From: an uncultured Nitrososphaerota archaeon
GTDB taxonomy: Archaea > Thermoproteota > Nitrososphaeria > Nitrososphaerales > CADDZS01
Direction of reading: 5' to 3'
NCBI GenBank assembly: GCA_963799845.1
Contig: CAWCYI010000006.1
Span: forward strand, 1,504,001-1,568,000
Length of the DNA stretch: 64,000 bases
The notes below the pieces were generated by a model that saw nothing but the letters and a program-made list of their open reading frames with translations, made no database searches and was not told the origin of the DNA. The position numbers and the translations under genes were made by a program. Of this stretch, positions 10,607-20,124 are shown in pieces; position 1 is the stretch's first letter, and every line of letters starts with the position of its first letter.

Positions 10607-10927
10607 ATGTCCGAAGATCAGAAGCAGGTAAATGACGCGCCTTCGCGTAGAACCTTTTTGAAAGTTTCAGCAGTCGCTGGAGCAGCAGTTGCCGCGGTTG
10701 CAGCTGGCGCCGGCATGATTCCTAAGTTAGCTTCCAGTGCTGCAAAATCTTCTGCTGCAGTCTCCAAGCCCGAAGCAAAAGCGGCTTCGATGTCATCGAA
10801 GGAACCGCTAATTCTGGTACTTAGAGGAGATTCGGTGGACGTTTACAGGGGAGAGATAAAGTATGCGATCCAAGATTCGTCGTTATCTCGTGAGATAGCG
10901 TCGCACGTGGCGGCAAAGATGGAGTAG
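10607..10927 (+). CDS. Small Tat-signal protein
   Basis: SRRTFLK followed by a hydrophobic stretch. Confidence 0.8.
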   Translation: MSEDQKQVNDAPSRRTFLKVSAVAGAAVAAVAAGAGMIPKLASSAAKSSAAVSKPEAKAASMSSKEPLILVLRGDSVDVYRGEIKYAIQDSSLSREIASHVAAKME

Positions 10928-10934
10928 ATAGAAG

Positions 10935-12395
10935 ATGACATCTCACAGAGAAGCGCCGGGAATTTCCCAAGATCCGGTTGCTGACAATACTGACGTTTAT
11001 GCGTTCGTAAGTCCAGACAAACAATCCACGGTAACTCTAATCGCAAACTACATTCCGTTGGAGTTACCTCCAGGAGGCCCTAACTTTTTCGAGTTTGGCG
11101 AGAATGTCCAGTACTCGATCTACATAGACAACGATGCGGACGCGCTTCCAGACATTACCTACAATTTCCAGTTCAAGACAAATGTCATCAACGAGCAAAC
11201 CTTTCTCTACAATCTCGGCCCCATTAGCTCGCTGACAGATCCTAACTGGAATGTTAGACAGACCTACACCGTTTGGCGCATCGACAAGAATGGAACCAAA
11301 GTGCTTGGCAGCAATATTCCGTGTCCGCCGGTTAACATTGGCCCTAGATCTACTCCCAACTACGCGACTCTTGCAAGCGCTGCGATTAACACTCTCAGCG
11401 ACGGCTCACAGGTCTTCGCAGGACAAAGGGGCGAGGGCTTTGCTCTAGACCTCGGTTCCATCTTCGACCTGCTGACTTTGAGACCGTTCGAAAGTTTGAG
11501 CGCCTTCCAAGGACCCGGAATTCCTAGTACTGATTTTCCGCAGGGCGTTGACACCACAGTAGATCTCAACGTACACACGATCGCCCTCCAAGTTCCAAAA
11601 ACTCTACTCACTGTCGACGGATCAAATCCAACGAACGTGCTAGATCAAAAATCCGTCATTGGAGTGTGGGCAGCGGCAAGCAGGCAGGAAGTATCCATAA
11701 ACAACGTCGAGGGTGCTTCTCCCACTCGCTCCGGTCCGTGGAAACAGGTCTCGAGATTGGGCAACCCTCTCATCAATGAGCTGTTCATTTTCCTCGGACA
11801 GAAAGACTATTGGAATACTCAACAGCCCCACAAAGACAAACAATTCCTCCAGTACTACCTGAATCTCCAAGTCGCAGGACTAATGCCAGTCATTTATCCC
11901 GCGGCACTGCCTGCCCAGACAGCAACCACCGGAGTTCCGAATGGACCGCTGAACCCAAGGACGGATTTGGAAGTACTTTTGCTTACGGGGCTTCCGGCTT
12001 CTGTTCTGACGGTATTCCAGAACTATACAGGGCCAACTCTGGCTGATATGCTCCGCCTCAACATGGCGGTTCCACCTGCGTCAACTCCTAGCAGACTTGG
12101 CATAGTAAACAACTTCCCAACCGGTCCACCTGACCTTGCAGGATTCCCGAACGGACGCCGGCCTCTCGATGACGTAGTAGATATCTACCTACAGGTAGCT
12201 GCCGGTCTAGTCTACCCTCTGATAAAGCCTGGATTCACTCCTCCCGCAGCAGCCGGACTGCTGAGCGATGGAGTAAACGAGCCACGCGCCCCGTACTTGA
12301 CCAGTTTCCCGTACCTACCGACGCCGTTCGATGGCTATTTCTACGAAGCAGACGGTACTGGAGCCCCCGAATCAGACGCAACCGGCGGCCCGTAA
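10935..12395 (+). CDS. DUF4331 domain protein lacking its own signal peptide
   Basis: SHREAP.I..DP.ADNTDVYAF, QVSRLGNPLINE, GFPNGRRP.DDVVD motifs. Confidence 0.88.
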   Translation: MTSHREAPGISQDPVADNTDVYAFVSPDKQSTVTLIANYIPLELPPGGPNFFEFGENVQYSIYIDNDADALPDITYNFQFKTNVINEQTFLYNLGPISSLTDPNWNVRQTYTVWRIDKNGTKVLGSNIPCPPVNIGPRSTPNYATLASAAINTLSDGSQVFAGQRGEGFALDLGSIFDLLTLRPFESLSAFQGPGIPSTDFPQGVDTTVDLNVHTIALQVPKTLLTVDGSNPTNVLDQKSVIGVWAAASRQEVSINNVEGASPTRSGPWKQVSRLGNPLINELFIFLGQKDYWNTQQPHKDKQFLQYYLNLQVAGLMPVIYPAALPAQTATTGVPNGPLNPRTDLEVLLLTGLPASVLTVFQNYTGPTLADMLRLNMAVPPASTPSRLGIVNNFPTGPPDLAGFPNGRRPLDDVVDIYLQVAAGLVYPLIKPGFTPPAAAGLLSDGVNEPRAPYLTSFPYLPTPFDGYFYEADGTGAPESDATGGP

Positions 12396-12593
12396 GAAAG
12401 CATAGCACCCGTTAGGATGAGGTACCCCGTCGTACCTCTTCTCCCTTTTTTCTCAAATCCTTGCAACCGTGCATCCTGTAGGTCTTTTACCCGTACCTCC
12501 GGACCTACTCTAATCTCTAAAGCCATAGATTCACTTTCATTGATTTATTATGCAATTTTCTTCTTTTTCTACACGGGGGCCCATTTCTGCGTA

Positions 12594-12619
12594 CCGAAGA
12601 GCTCGTTTCAAGCTCTGTT
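12594..12619. repeat. Partial third copy of the dispersed repeat
   Basis: CCGAAGAGCTCGTTTCAAGCTCTGTT is identical to 5010-5035; imperfect inverted partner AGCTTGAAAGTGCTC near 12735-12749. Confidence 0.75.
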
Positions 12620-12823
12620 GGCCACCGATAGCTTGATTTTGATACTTCTAGTTAGAGCATTTCGCTCCAAAGCATTTTATGAAAATCATTGAGGTACGCA
12701 GGTCTTTGCATCGCACCTGAAACGGAGACGGAGCAGCTTGAAAGTGCTCGGCCGATCTCAAATCAGCTTGATTCGAATTGAACTGTATCTTACGACTCGA
12801 ACCCCCCTCAAGCTTGAAAATTT

Positions 12824-13564
12824 CTACTCGATCTTTGATTTTGGAATCCGTCCGCCTGCAATTAGAGTGTTGATCATCTTCTCCGCCGAGTTCTTGTCAA
12901 ACTTGCCCGACGCAACCAAGCCGTCGAGAAAGGCTTCCTTCTTTATCGATCCCTCGTTTTTTCGAGAAAGCTCCTCTAAACGCTGAATCGCAAATAGTGT
13001 CTTCTCGCGAAATTCTAGACGGGTGTGCGGTCCATGTTTCGGCTTGTAAATGACTACCCTGAACGTTCTACCAGGGTGGCTCGTATTGAAACCATCAACA
13101 TAGAAATCCAGTCCGAGCTTGTCGCAGAATCTGACCAGTTCCCTAAAATCCTCCATCCACATGCTCGAGGGCTGCGAGACGGTTAACAGATCGTCGCTAA
13201 GTTGAGAGGATCCACGCTCCCTAGCGAAAAATAAATTGTCGACCTCGAAACCAAAGAACTCGCGTCCTAAATCAACCCAGGGCCGTCCCTCGTTCTTCTC
13301 CTCCTTTTCTATATGCTCCTTGAGCCACGAAGGTCGCGGCTGCCCGCCTTCAATCTTATCGAGTTTCTTCGCCCACTGCGCGAGAAGCATGCCAAGCTTG
13401 TGATAGCACTCGAGCATCAACTCCTCCTTTGAAACTCCCTCAGCATGGGCGACAGTCTCGTCAGCGAAATCGTAGACTTCATGTGCTATGCGATTGGTCC
13501 GTCCCTTCGAAATGTCCTTTTCTTTCTCATCCTTCGATAGATTGATCACTCTGCGGTGGCTCAA
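12824..13564 (-). CDS. Hypothetical protein with possible C-terminal winged helix
   Basis: 246-aa ORF co-oriented downstream of the permease. Confidence 0.65.
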   Translation of the reverse strand: MSHRRVINLSKDEKEKDISKGRTNRIAHEVYDFADETVAHAEGVSKEELMLECYHKLGMLLAQWAKKLDKIEGGQPRPSWLKEHIEKEEKNEGRPWVDLGREFFGFEVDNLFFARERGSSQLSDDLLTVSQPSSMWMEDFRELVRFCDKLGLDFYVDGFNTSHPGRTFRVVIYKPKHGPHTRLEFREKTLFAIQRLEELSRKNEGSIKKEAFLDGLVASGKFDKNSAEKMINTLIAGGRIPKSKIE

Positions 13565-13630
13565 GGTACTGCTCGAGACCGCGATCGGAGCTATTATCCA
13601 TTTTCCCAGATTTCAGTCCGAAAAGGAAAG

Positions 13631-15490
13631 TCAACTCGCGGCCACTGCGACAATCGGTTTGCTCCGCGTCTTCGGACGGAATATGTTGTCGGCAATGACA
13701 TTGGCAAACAAGAACACCGCGCATACGGCCAGAAATGCCGAAAGTATTCCGGTGTCAAAGCTCTGGATGTTGAACCAGCTCAAGAGGAAAAATGCCTGAG
13801 ACGTGAAATCATGCGGGTAGACTACTAGCAATAAACTGACGATTGCGTCTAGTATCCCGAGGAAAAGTTGCGAGCCCAAATATCCAAGCTCATAGACTAC
13901 GTACACAAGATATGAGATCACTATCCCCACCGATCCAAAGACTGCAACCGACGGACTGATGTCGTATATCGCGGCGCCAGCCGCAAAGCAGCTCACTCCT
14001 ACGATCAGCGGGAGGATGTCGAGCCGGCTCAAAGTCGAAAAGCTGTGCCCCCGGAGCCAGATAGCGGATAGAGAGATTATGCCCAAACTGATCAGTACGA
14101 GAAAATCCGTAATATCGATCAAAAAGTTCTGGTTTCCGAGAGCTAGTATCAGGATCGCGCCTAGCGTGAAAACGTACGACAGTCTTGAAATGCTCCGAGG
14201 AATAAACCCGTCAATGGCGAGCGCTTCCAAGTGTCTGGATGCAGCTAGAAAGGCGGGTACAAAAGTTGTAATTGTTGCGATGAGAAAGACGATGGCGGTT
14301 AACAGCTCCTGCCCGGGACCGATCGCAAGGTTACTTATGTAGAGAGCAGGAATTGAAGATTGATTCAGGGCGGCAAAGCTCGGATGGAGACTGAAAACTG
14401 CGAGGCCGTAAAGTATGTTGATTATCGACGCTATGACGACGCTTCCAACCATCGCCAGTCCGAGGTACTTGAACTTGGAAATCGTAAAACCCTTCTTGAT
14501 CCAGGAAATTATCGGCACTGATGAATAATCCAGCGCATCACGTTCAAGAGCCTGAATTTCCTGAAACCCGAAAAACAACAGGTAAAGATATCCAGTGTTA
14601 ACAACGAGAGCGAGGGGCCAGTTTCCCCCGGCCGAGCCGGTGTGGAAAATTCCCGAAAGATTCCAGGATCCCCTGTTGCCCAAGAGAATGCTCTGGTAGA
14701 CTAGTATTACCACCATCGCCGAAGTTAGAGCGATCTGTAGATAACCGATCAATTTGAGGAACCGGACTTCAAATAACGCATTTAGTACTGTCCACGCTAG
14801 GAAAACACCTGTGATCAGATAGACGATTATCGTCGAGGAAATCCCAGTTATTCCAAAATTTGCAAGTACTTGCGGCATCAGTTCGAAGTCAAATACAACA
14901 AAGACGATTTTCGAATACGCTGCAAGAGCGGTGTTAGCAATCCACATCGACAGGCGGGAGATAAAGTACCGCACGCTTCGTCCTCCAGTGGCCGCTTTTG
15001 TGAAGGAAGGCCCGCCGACAGCGCCGAGACCCATTCTGGCGGCCTCTGTATACATATCGGCATAGACTTTGGCCATCAGAACCGAAAGAATTGTTGCTAA
15101 TACTAGCGAACCAACAGAAACGAGTTCAAACTGAATTATGTTGAGGGGAATCAGGATGAAAAGAGGCGAGCCTAGAGTGGCTCCGAGTCCTATTGCGAGC
15201 ATGGTACTGAACCCATAGGTTGGTTTTACTACAGATTCCTTCCTTAGACGCTGGAAACGGACCCTCGTTGAGCTTGGGAGAGTCGCGATGAGCGCCACGC
15301 TCGAAAGAATAATTGCAACGAGGGCAGAAATTAGGATGATATCGCCAAATCCGAAATTCACTGAGGCGAGATACGAATATTCATTGACAACGAAAACTAG
15401 CGCAACAAACGCCGCAATGCTGCCTACGACGACTGCAAAGTACTTGAAGAATAGAATTCCATCGCGGAGTGAAGCAGCTCTGGAACCCAA
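13631..15490 (-). CDS. APC-superfamily permease with extra TM segments
   Basis: IGLGATLGSPLF, GGPSF, LFFGFQEI, ASRHLEALAIDGFIP; many TM helices. Confidence 0.8.
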   Translation of the reverse strand: MGSRAASLRDGILFFKYFAVVVGSIAAFVALVFVVNEYSYLASVNFGFGDIILISALVAIILSSVALIATLPSSTRVRFQRLRKESVVKPTYGFSTMLAIGLGATLGSPLFILIPLNIIQFELVSVGSLVLATILSVLMAKVYADMYTEAARMGLGAVGGPSFTKAATGGRSVRYFISRLSMWIANTALAAYSKIVFVVFDFELMPQVLANFGITGISSTIIVYLITGVFLAWTVLNALFEVRFLKLIGYLQIALTSAMVVILVYQSILLGNRGSWNLSGIFHTGSAGGNWPLALVVNTGYLYLLFFGFQEIQALERDALDYSSVPIISWIKKGFTISKFKYLGLAMVGSVVIASIINILYGLAVFSLHPSFAALNQSSIPALYISNLAIGPGQELLTAIVFLIATITTFVPAFLAASRHLEALAIDGFIPRSISRLSYVFTLGAILILALGNQNFLIDITDFLVLISLGIISLSAIWLRGHSFSTLSRLDILPLIVGVSCFAAGAAIYDISPSVAVFGSVGIVISYLVYVVYELGYLGSQLFLGILDAIVSLLLVVYPHDFTSQAFFLLSWFNIQSFDTGILSAFLAVCAVFLFANVIADNIFRPKTRSKPIVAVAAS

Positions 15491-15520
15491 TACTCTTCCC
15501 CCCAGATTTTCAGTTTGATT

Positions 15521-16003
15521 CTAATTTCGAGCATCCTGTCGTTTTTGTTCCATGGCTTTTAGATTCGATGCTGCGATTCGAAGATTATAGAAGGCGCCTA
15601 TTAGAAGCAGGACCGCGATGATAAATTCGCCTACCGGTATTATCGGATTTGAAAGTGACTTTGGCGAGATCGTACTTGCGATCTGGCTAAAATACGAGGA
15701 TAGCTGACCGGGGGAGCTGAATCCTACTACCGACGGGGCAAGAAGCGCTAAACCGACTACTGCCAGAATGGAGGCAAGAACCATCTCACTGATGGCAATG
15801 AGGAGGGACGCCAATCCGCTTTCGGGCTTACGCGAGTTTATCATCGAGACAAACTTCACGATCTCCTCGTCGTGAGAAGAGACGATTTTTTCATTCACGA
15901 GAGTTTGTAACGAAGCATTTGAACCGCTGAGCAGCATCAGAGCTTTTATGTCCAGAAGGAGCCGGCTAAGTACTTCGTCTGTTGAACTCGCAGTGCTTGC
16001 CAT
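15521..16003 (-). CDS. Two-TM hypothetical membrane protein
   Basis: Two hydrophobic segments; co-oriented with the permease. Confidence 0.65.
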   Translation of the reverse strand: MASTASSTDEVLSRLLLDIKALMLLSGSNASLQTLVNEKIVSSHDEEIVKFVSMINSRKPESGLASLLIAISEMVLASILAVVGLALLAPSVVGFSSPGQLSSYFSQIASTISPKSLSNPIIPVGEFIIAVLLLIGAFYNLRIAASNLKAMEQKRQDARN

Positions 16004-16114
16004 TCCGACCCACTTCGGGTCAGCAAGCGGAAATATCTCTTTCGTATTCGTAATATTCCGGAAATCTGAGCGCTAAGCTCCGATTAGTAAAATTTCGACG
16101 TGTTGTAGATTATC

Positions 16115-16690
16115 TTACAGCGAAAAGTTGAGATCTTTCAAACTCTCGATCAAGATCCTGGCAGATTCTTCAGGTGACCCGAGCTCAGTCGCTATCGTGA
16201 TGTCCGGAAACTCGGGTGGCTCGTAAGGATCCTGTATCCCGGTCATATTTTTGATCTCGCCCTTTCTCGCCTTTGCATACAGGCCCTTCGGGTCTCTCTG
16301 TTCGCAGGTAGCAAGAGACGCCTTGACGTAAACCTCAACGAACCTCTCCTTGCCAATAGTTTCTCGAGCACTCTCCCTCGAAACTTTGTACGGAGAAATC
16401 AGTGCGACTATTGAGATGACTCCATTTCGCGAAAGGACCTTTGCGAGATAAGACACTCTTCTGGCGTGTTCTTCCCTATCCTCTCTTGACAAACCAAGAT
16501 CTCTAGACAGGCCCTTTCTTATCTCATCCCCGTCCAAAATCTCAACAAAGCGACCGTAATCGTCCTCTAACATTTTCTTCAGAACGCCGGCCAGAGTAGA
16601 TTTACCGGAACCTGAGAGTCCGGTCATCCAGATTGCAAAGCCCTGTGGCCTCTGGGATTTTGAGCGCTCGCTTATCGCAACGCTGGTCAT
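16115..16690 (-). CDS. cysC: Adenylyl-sulfate (APS) kinase
   Basis: WMTGLSGSGKST, LDGDEIR, ISPY, RDPKGLY, TGIQDPYEPP. Confidence 0.97.
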   Translation of the reverse strand: MTSVAISERSKSQRPQGFAIWMTGLSGSGKSTLAGVLKKMLEDDYGRFVEILDGDEIRKGLSRDLGLSREDREEHARRVSYLAKVLSRNGVISIVALISPYKVSRESARETIGKERFVEVYVKASLATCEQRDPKGLYAKARKGEIKNMTGIQDPYEPPEFPDITIATELGSPEESARILIESLKDLNFSL

Positions 16691-16692
16691 GC

Positions 16693-18096
16693 TTAGGAGA
16701 ACACCTCAGGGATGACTTTGCCGTCCATCCCGTCTTCTGCTGGCATGCCGTACATTTTCAGAACCGTGGGAGCCATGTCTTCTACCTTCGCACCCTTCAA
16801 CGCTCTCGAATTCATGTTCTTTTTCGGATTGTACATTAGGAAGATACCCATCATGGAATGGACAGAGTCATCCGGCCCCGTATCATTCTCGAAAAGATAC
16901 AGCGAATCGTGCCCGACTGTACCTGCCGATCTCCAGTTGAGATCGTCAAAGTATACCATGAGATCCGGTTTATCTCCGATCGCTGTCCCATAAAGTTGAT
17001 CAGGTTCAAAAACCACGTTTTTCATCGGCCGCCCGTTGTTATCCTTTATCGACATGATTTTTGAGGAAAGTTTTTTCTTTTCGGTTTCGAGGTCTTTCCT
17101 TTCGATCACTCCGTTCGGCTCGCGACCCTTTACGTTAAAGAAAATTCTCGCGTAATAACCGCCCCAACCCCAAGCTTTCGTTCTGGACCAGTCGACTTCA
17201 GCCTTGTCGATGTCAGTCATCTTTGTCGGTTTTGTCTTGAACGCAATGTATCCCTCTTGCTCTAACCACTGATTTACGCAAAAGGCGCCAATCATTCCTT
17301 TTGAGCCGTGATCCGAGACGATGAAGGTGATGCAATCGTCTCCAAAGAGTTTCACCAGCCGGCCGATTCTCTCGTCGACCAACTTGTAGTATTCCTCGTC
17401 TAGGTGTTCGTACTGGTTACCCTTCACATACTTTGGATGCTTTGGGTCAAAGAACTTCCAGAAAGCGTGGTGCAGCCTGTCGAACCCAATTTCGTGCATG
17501 ATGAAAAAGTCCCATGGTTTGTTCTTTGCGAGATATTCAGCAACATCAAAGCGTTTTTGCGTCATTTCAAAGAGCTCCTTTCTAATGGCCTCCCTATCCT
17601 CCGTGCGAAAAGTTACGTCAAAAATATACTTCCCTCCGGCGGCGGCTAGTACTTCTTCCTTGAGCTCAGGTGGATTAGTGAATTGCTTGTCTTGACCTGG
17701 AGTAATAAAGCACGAAATGATATCAGTGTTCTCAATCTGCTTTGGTGGATATCCTGGCGGGACTCCAAGAACGATGGATCTTTTTCCTTGTCTTGAAAGA
17801 ATCTGCCAGACCGTGTCTTCCTTTACCGTAGTTGAATTGACTATGTATCCGTCGTTGTAAGAAAAACCTCTCCTATGCCTAAATCCGTAGATTCCCAGCT
17901 TGCCGGGATTTTTTCCCGTCATCATAACCATCCAAGCTGGAACGGTAATTGGAGGATGGCAGGTCTCAAGGTTTCCGTGCATGCCTCTGTCATACATTCG
18001 CTTTATGTTAGGAAGTTTGTCCAAGAGTTTGTCAAACATCATTTCAGGAGGGACGGAATCCAGCCCAATTATCGCTACTCGCTTTCCGCTGCTCAA
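16693..18096 (-). CDS. AlkP-superfamily / type I phosphodiesterase-like enzyme (COG3379-like)
   Basis: IGLDS, PPITVPAW (Thr nucleophile), DRLHHAFW, VSDHG; lies between sat and cysC. Confidence 0.88.
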   Translation of the reverse strand: MSSGKRVAIIGLDSVPPEMMFDKLLDKLPNIKRMYDRGMHGNLETCHPPITVPAWMVMMTGKNPGKLGIYGFRHRRGFSYNDGYIVNSTTVKEDTVWQILSRQGKRSIVLGVPPGYPPKQIENTDIISCFITPGQDKQFTNPPELKEEVLAAAGGKYIFDVTFRTEDREAIRKELFEMTQKRFDVAEYLAKNKPWDFFIMHEIGFDRLHHAFWKFFDPKHPKYVKGNQYEHLDEEYYKLVDERIGRLVKLFGDDCITFIVSDHGSKGMIGAFCVNQWLEQEGYIAFKTKPTKMTDIDKAEVDWSRTKAWGWGGYYARIFFNVKGREPNGVIERKDLETEKKKLSSKIMSIKDNNGRPMKNVVFEPDQLYGTAIGDKPDLMVYFDDLNWRSAGTVGHDSLYLFENDTGPDDSVHSMMGIFLMYNPKKNMNSRALKGAKVEDMAPTVLKMYGMPAEDGMDGKVIPEVFS

Positions 18097-18118
18097 TCCA
18101 ATGACCTTCTAGTACAGA

Positions 18119-19264
18119 TCATTCTACGAAAGGAGTCTTTGACTTCAGAATGATTTCTGATACTTCGGGGCGCATGAACTCTTTGGGCGGAGTCTCGCCG
18201 GATTGGAACATTTTCCTCAGTTTTGTCCCACTGAATGTCAATCTGTCAGATTCGGAATGTGGGCAAATCTTCTCATTCGCAATTCCGGCGCACTTGTTGC
18301 AGTAAAAGAATTCACGGAAAAATACGGCCTGGATGCCAAGATCCGGAAATTCCTTGAAAATCTCGTGCGCCGCATATGGGCCGTAATAATTCCCTACTCC
18401 CGCATGATCTCTGCCGATTGCAATGTGAGTACATCCAAAGTTCTTCCTCATAATTGCGTGCATTATTGCTTCTTTTGGCCCCGCATACTGCATCTCGTAA
18501 TGCAGTACGCTCAAAACGACAGAGTTCTTGGGGTAGTAATTCTTGACGAGCGCCTGGTATGTTTCTAGTATGACCTCGTCAGTGAAATCTCCAGCTTTTT
18601 TCTTCCCCAAGACGGGATTTATGAAAATTCCATCGGCGAAAGCAAGACCTGTCTTTTGTACATATTCGTGCCCTATGTGTGGTGCATTCCTAGTTTGAAA
18701 GGCAATGATCTCCTTCCATCCTTTTTCTTTGAAGAGTACTCTTGTTTCCTTTGGACTGAGGGTGAAATTCTCGAAAGGTCCTTTGTCGAACTTAACGACT
18801 GACTTTAGCCTTCCACCGACAACCCGATCAGATGATGCGTAAATTTTTGCTACGCCCGGATGCGCTTCGTCTTCAGTTCCGAATACCTTCTTGGCATATT
18901 CTTTCTTTGAAATCGAAAACAATTCTCCAAATTCGAGCAGCCCCACCGCGCGCCCGCCGTCATCAACCAATGTAATTTCATCGCTCGCCCCCGCGCTGAA
19001 ACTATCCGGAACGTGGAGCAAAACGGGAATCGTCCAGGGCGTATCGTCTGCGAGCCTCATGTTTTCAATCACGTTTTCGTAATCTGTCTTCCCCATAAAT
19101 CCGGTCAGTGGACTCAGGACACCGGTTGAAATGTTGAACATCTGGACCATTGTCTCATGCGAAACCTGAACGACCACGTTCTCTGCAAGCTCATTCTCCT
19201 TCTCTTGCGAACTTTCGATTGCCCTCACCTGGACAAGTCTTCCGCCGTGTGGAGATAACGACAT
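18119..19264 (-). CDS. sat: Sulfate adenylyltransferase (ATP sulfurylase)
   Basis: PHGGRL, SPLTGFM, AFQTRNAPHIGHE, GRDHAGVG, SGTKLR. Confidence 0.97.
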   Translation of the reverse strand: MSLSPHGGRLVQVRAIESSQEKENELAENVVVQVSHETMVQMFNISTGVLSPLTGFMGKTDYENVIENMRLADDTPWTIPVLLHVPDSFSAGASDEITLVDDGGRAVGLLEFGELFSISKKEYAKKVFGTEDEAHPGVAKIYASSDRVVGGRLKSVVKFDKGPFENFTLSPKETRVLFKEKGWKEIIAFQTRNAPHIGHEYVQKTGLAFADGIFINPVLGKKKAGDFTDEVILETYQALVKNYYPKNSVVLSVLHYEMQYAGPKEAIMHAIMRKNFGCTHIAIGRDHAGVGNYYGPYAAHEIFKEFPDLGIQAVFFREFFYCNKCAGIANEKICPHSESDRLTFSGTKLRKMFQSGETPPKEFMRPEVSEIILKSKTPFVE

Positions 19265-19286
19265 ACGAAAAACACCCACTATTCCT

Positions 19287-19523
19287 CTACAAATAGCCCA
19301 AAGCTTTCAGCCTTGCTTTGATCTCTTCCACATCTGTACTCGTAAAAGGCTCGGGTATGTCTTTCGTCTCGTGCATCGCAACAACCTCTCTCAAGACATA
19401 GGTCACATAATCAGAGACAGATTTGAAACCGCTTTTCTTTATGATCATCTTTTCAATTCTATCATGCAAAGTGATCGGGATAGAAACCGTAGTGTATTTT
19501 GACTGGGTAGTAGTTTGAGGCAT
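19287..19523 (-). CDS. RHH (CopG-like) protein with C-terminal LKALGYL tail
   Basis: TTVSIP...GFKSVSDYVTYVLRE...EEIKARLKALGYL; first gene of the sat operon. Confidence 0.85.
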   Translation of the reverse strand: MPQTTTQSKYTTVSIPITLHDRIEKMIIKKSGFKSVSDYVTYVLREVVAMHETKDIPEPFTSTDVEEIKARLKALGYL

Positions 19524-19574
19524 GATGAAAGTACAAACATAAAATTTGATTATATATAATTAGTGCAGTTTAGG

Positions 19575-19591
19575 GTATCGAACATCGATGC
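19575..19591. promoter_or_regulatory. Palindromic operator A (GTATCGA-ACA-TCGATGC)
   Basis: Just upstream of the TATA box (TTATATAT, about 19550-19558) of the RHH-sat operon; same motif at 45940, 47736, 49253. Confidence 0.6.
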
Positions 19592-20124
19592 ATATCTTCT
19601 TCTGACACATTTGAATAAATCAAGAATGTTTTTGGACCTCTTCCGGTGAATTAAGTTATTACTCTAGCATAGAATTTTCGCTTACACAATTGAGGGGATA
19701 AGCAAAAAAGCGGAGACAGCTCGCAGGGATAAAATAGGATGACTTTGACCGCCTAAAACCAAGCTCGGCAATTGGATTCCGATTTCTGTTTTAGTTCGAG
19801 AATCTTGAATATTGGGTGATACCCCCATGTCGAAGACTCATTGGATCGTGAACATTCCTTCTCCAACCAAATCCTCGAACCTCGAAGCTGCAAACCCTTA
19901 CCTTATCTGTAGAGTTGAATTTTTCCCGATTATCTCTAAACTTAAGATCGGAGAAAAATCTTACATGTAGTTGTTCAAAACCTCGCATATTCTGCACCCA
20001 ATCTGCATATATATTACGAATAAATACAGTGGTCGGGAAATACATTCTTGATGGTTGCAAGATGCCATAGGCTATTCCCGGAAAAACAACTAACAGTTCC
20101 CGAAATAGGAGAAATAGAATCGAA

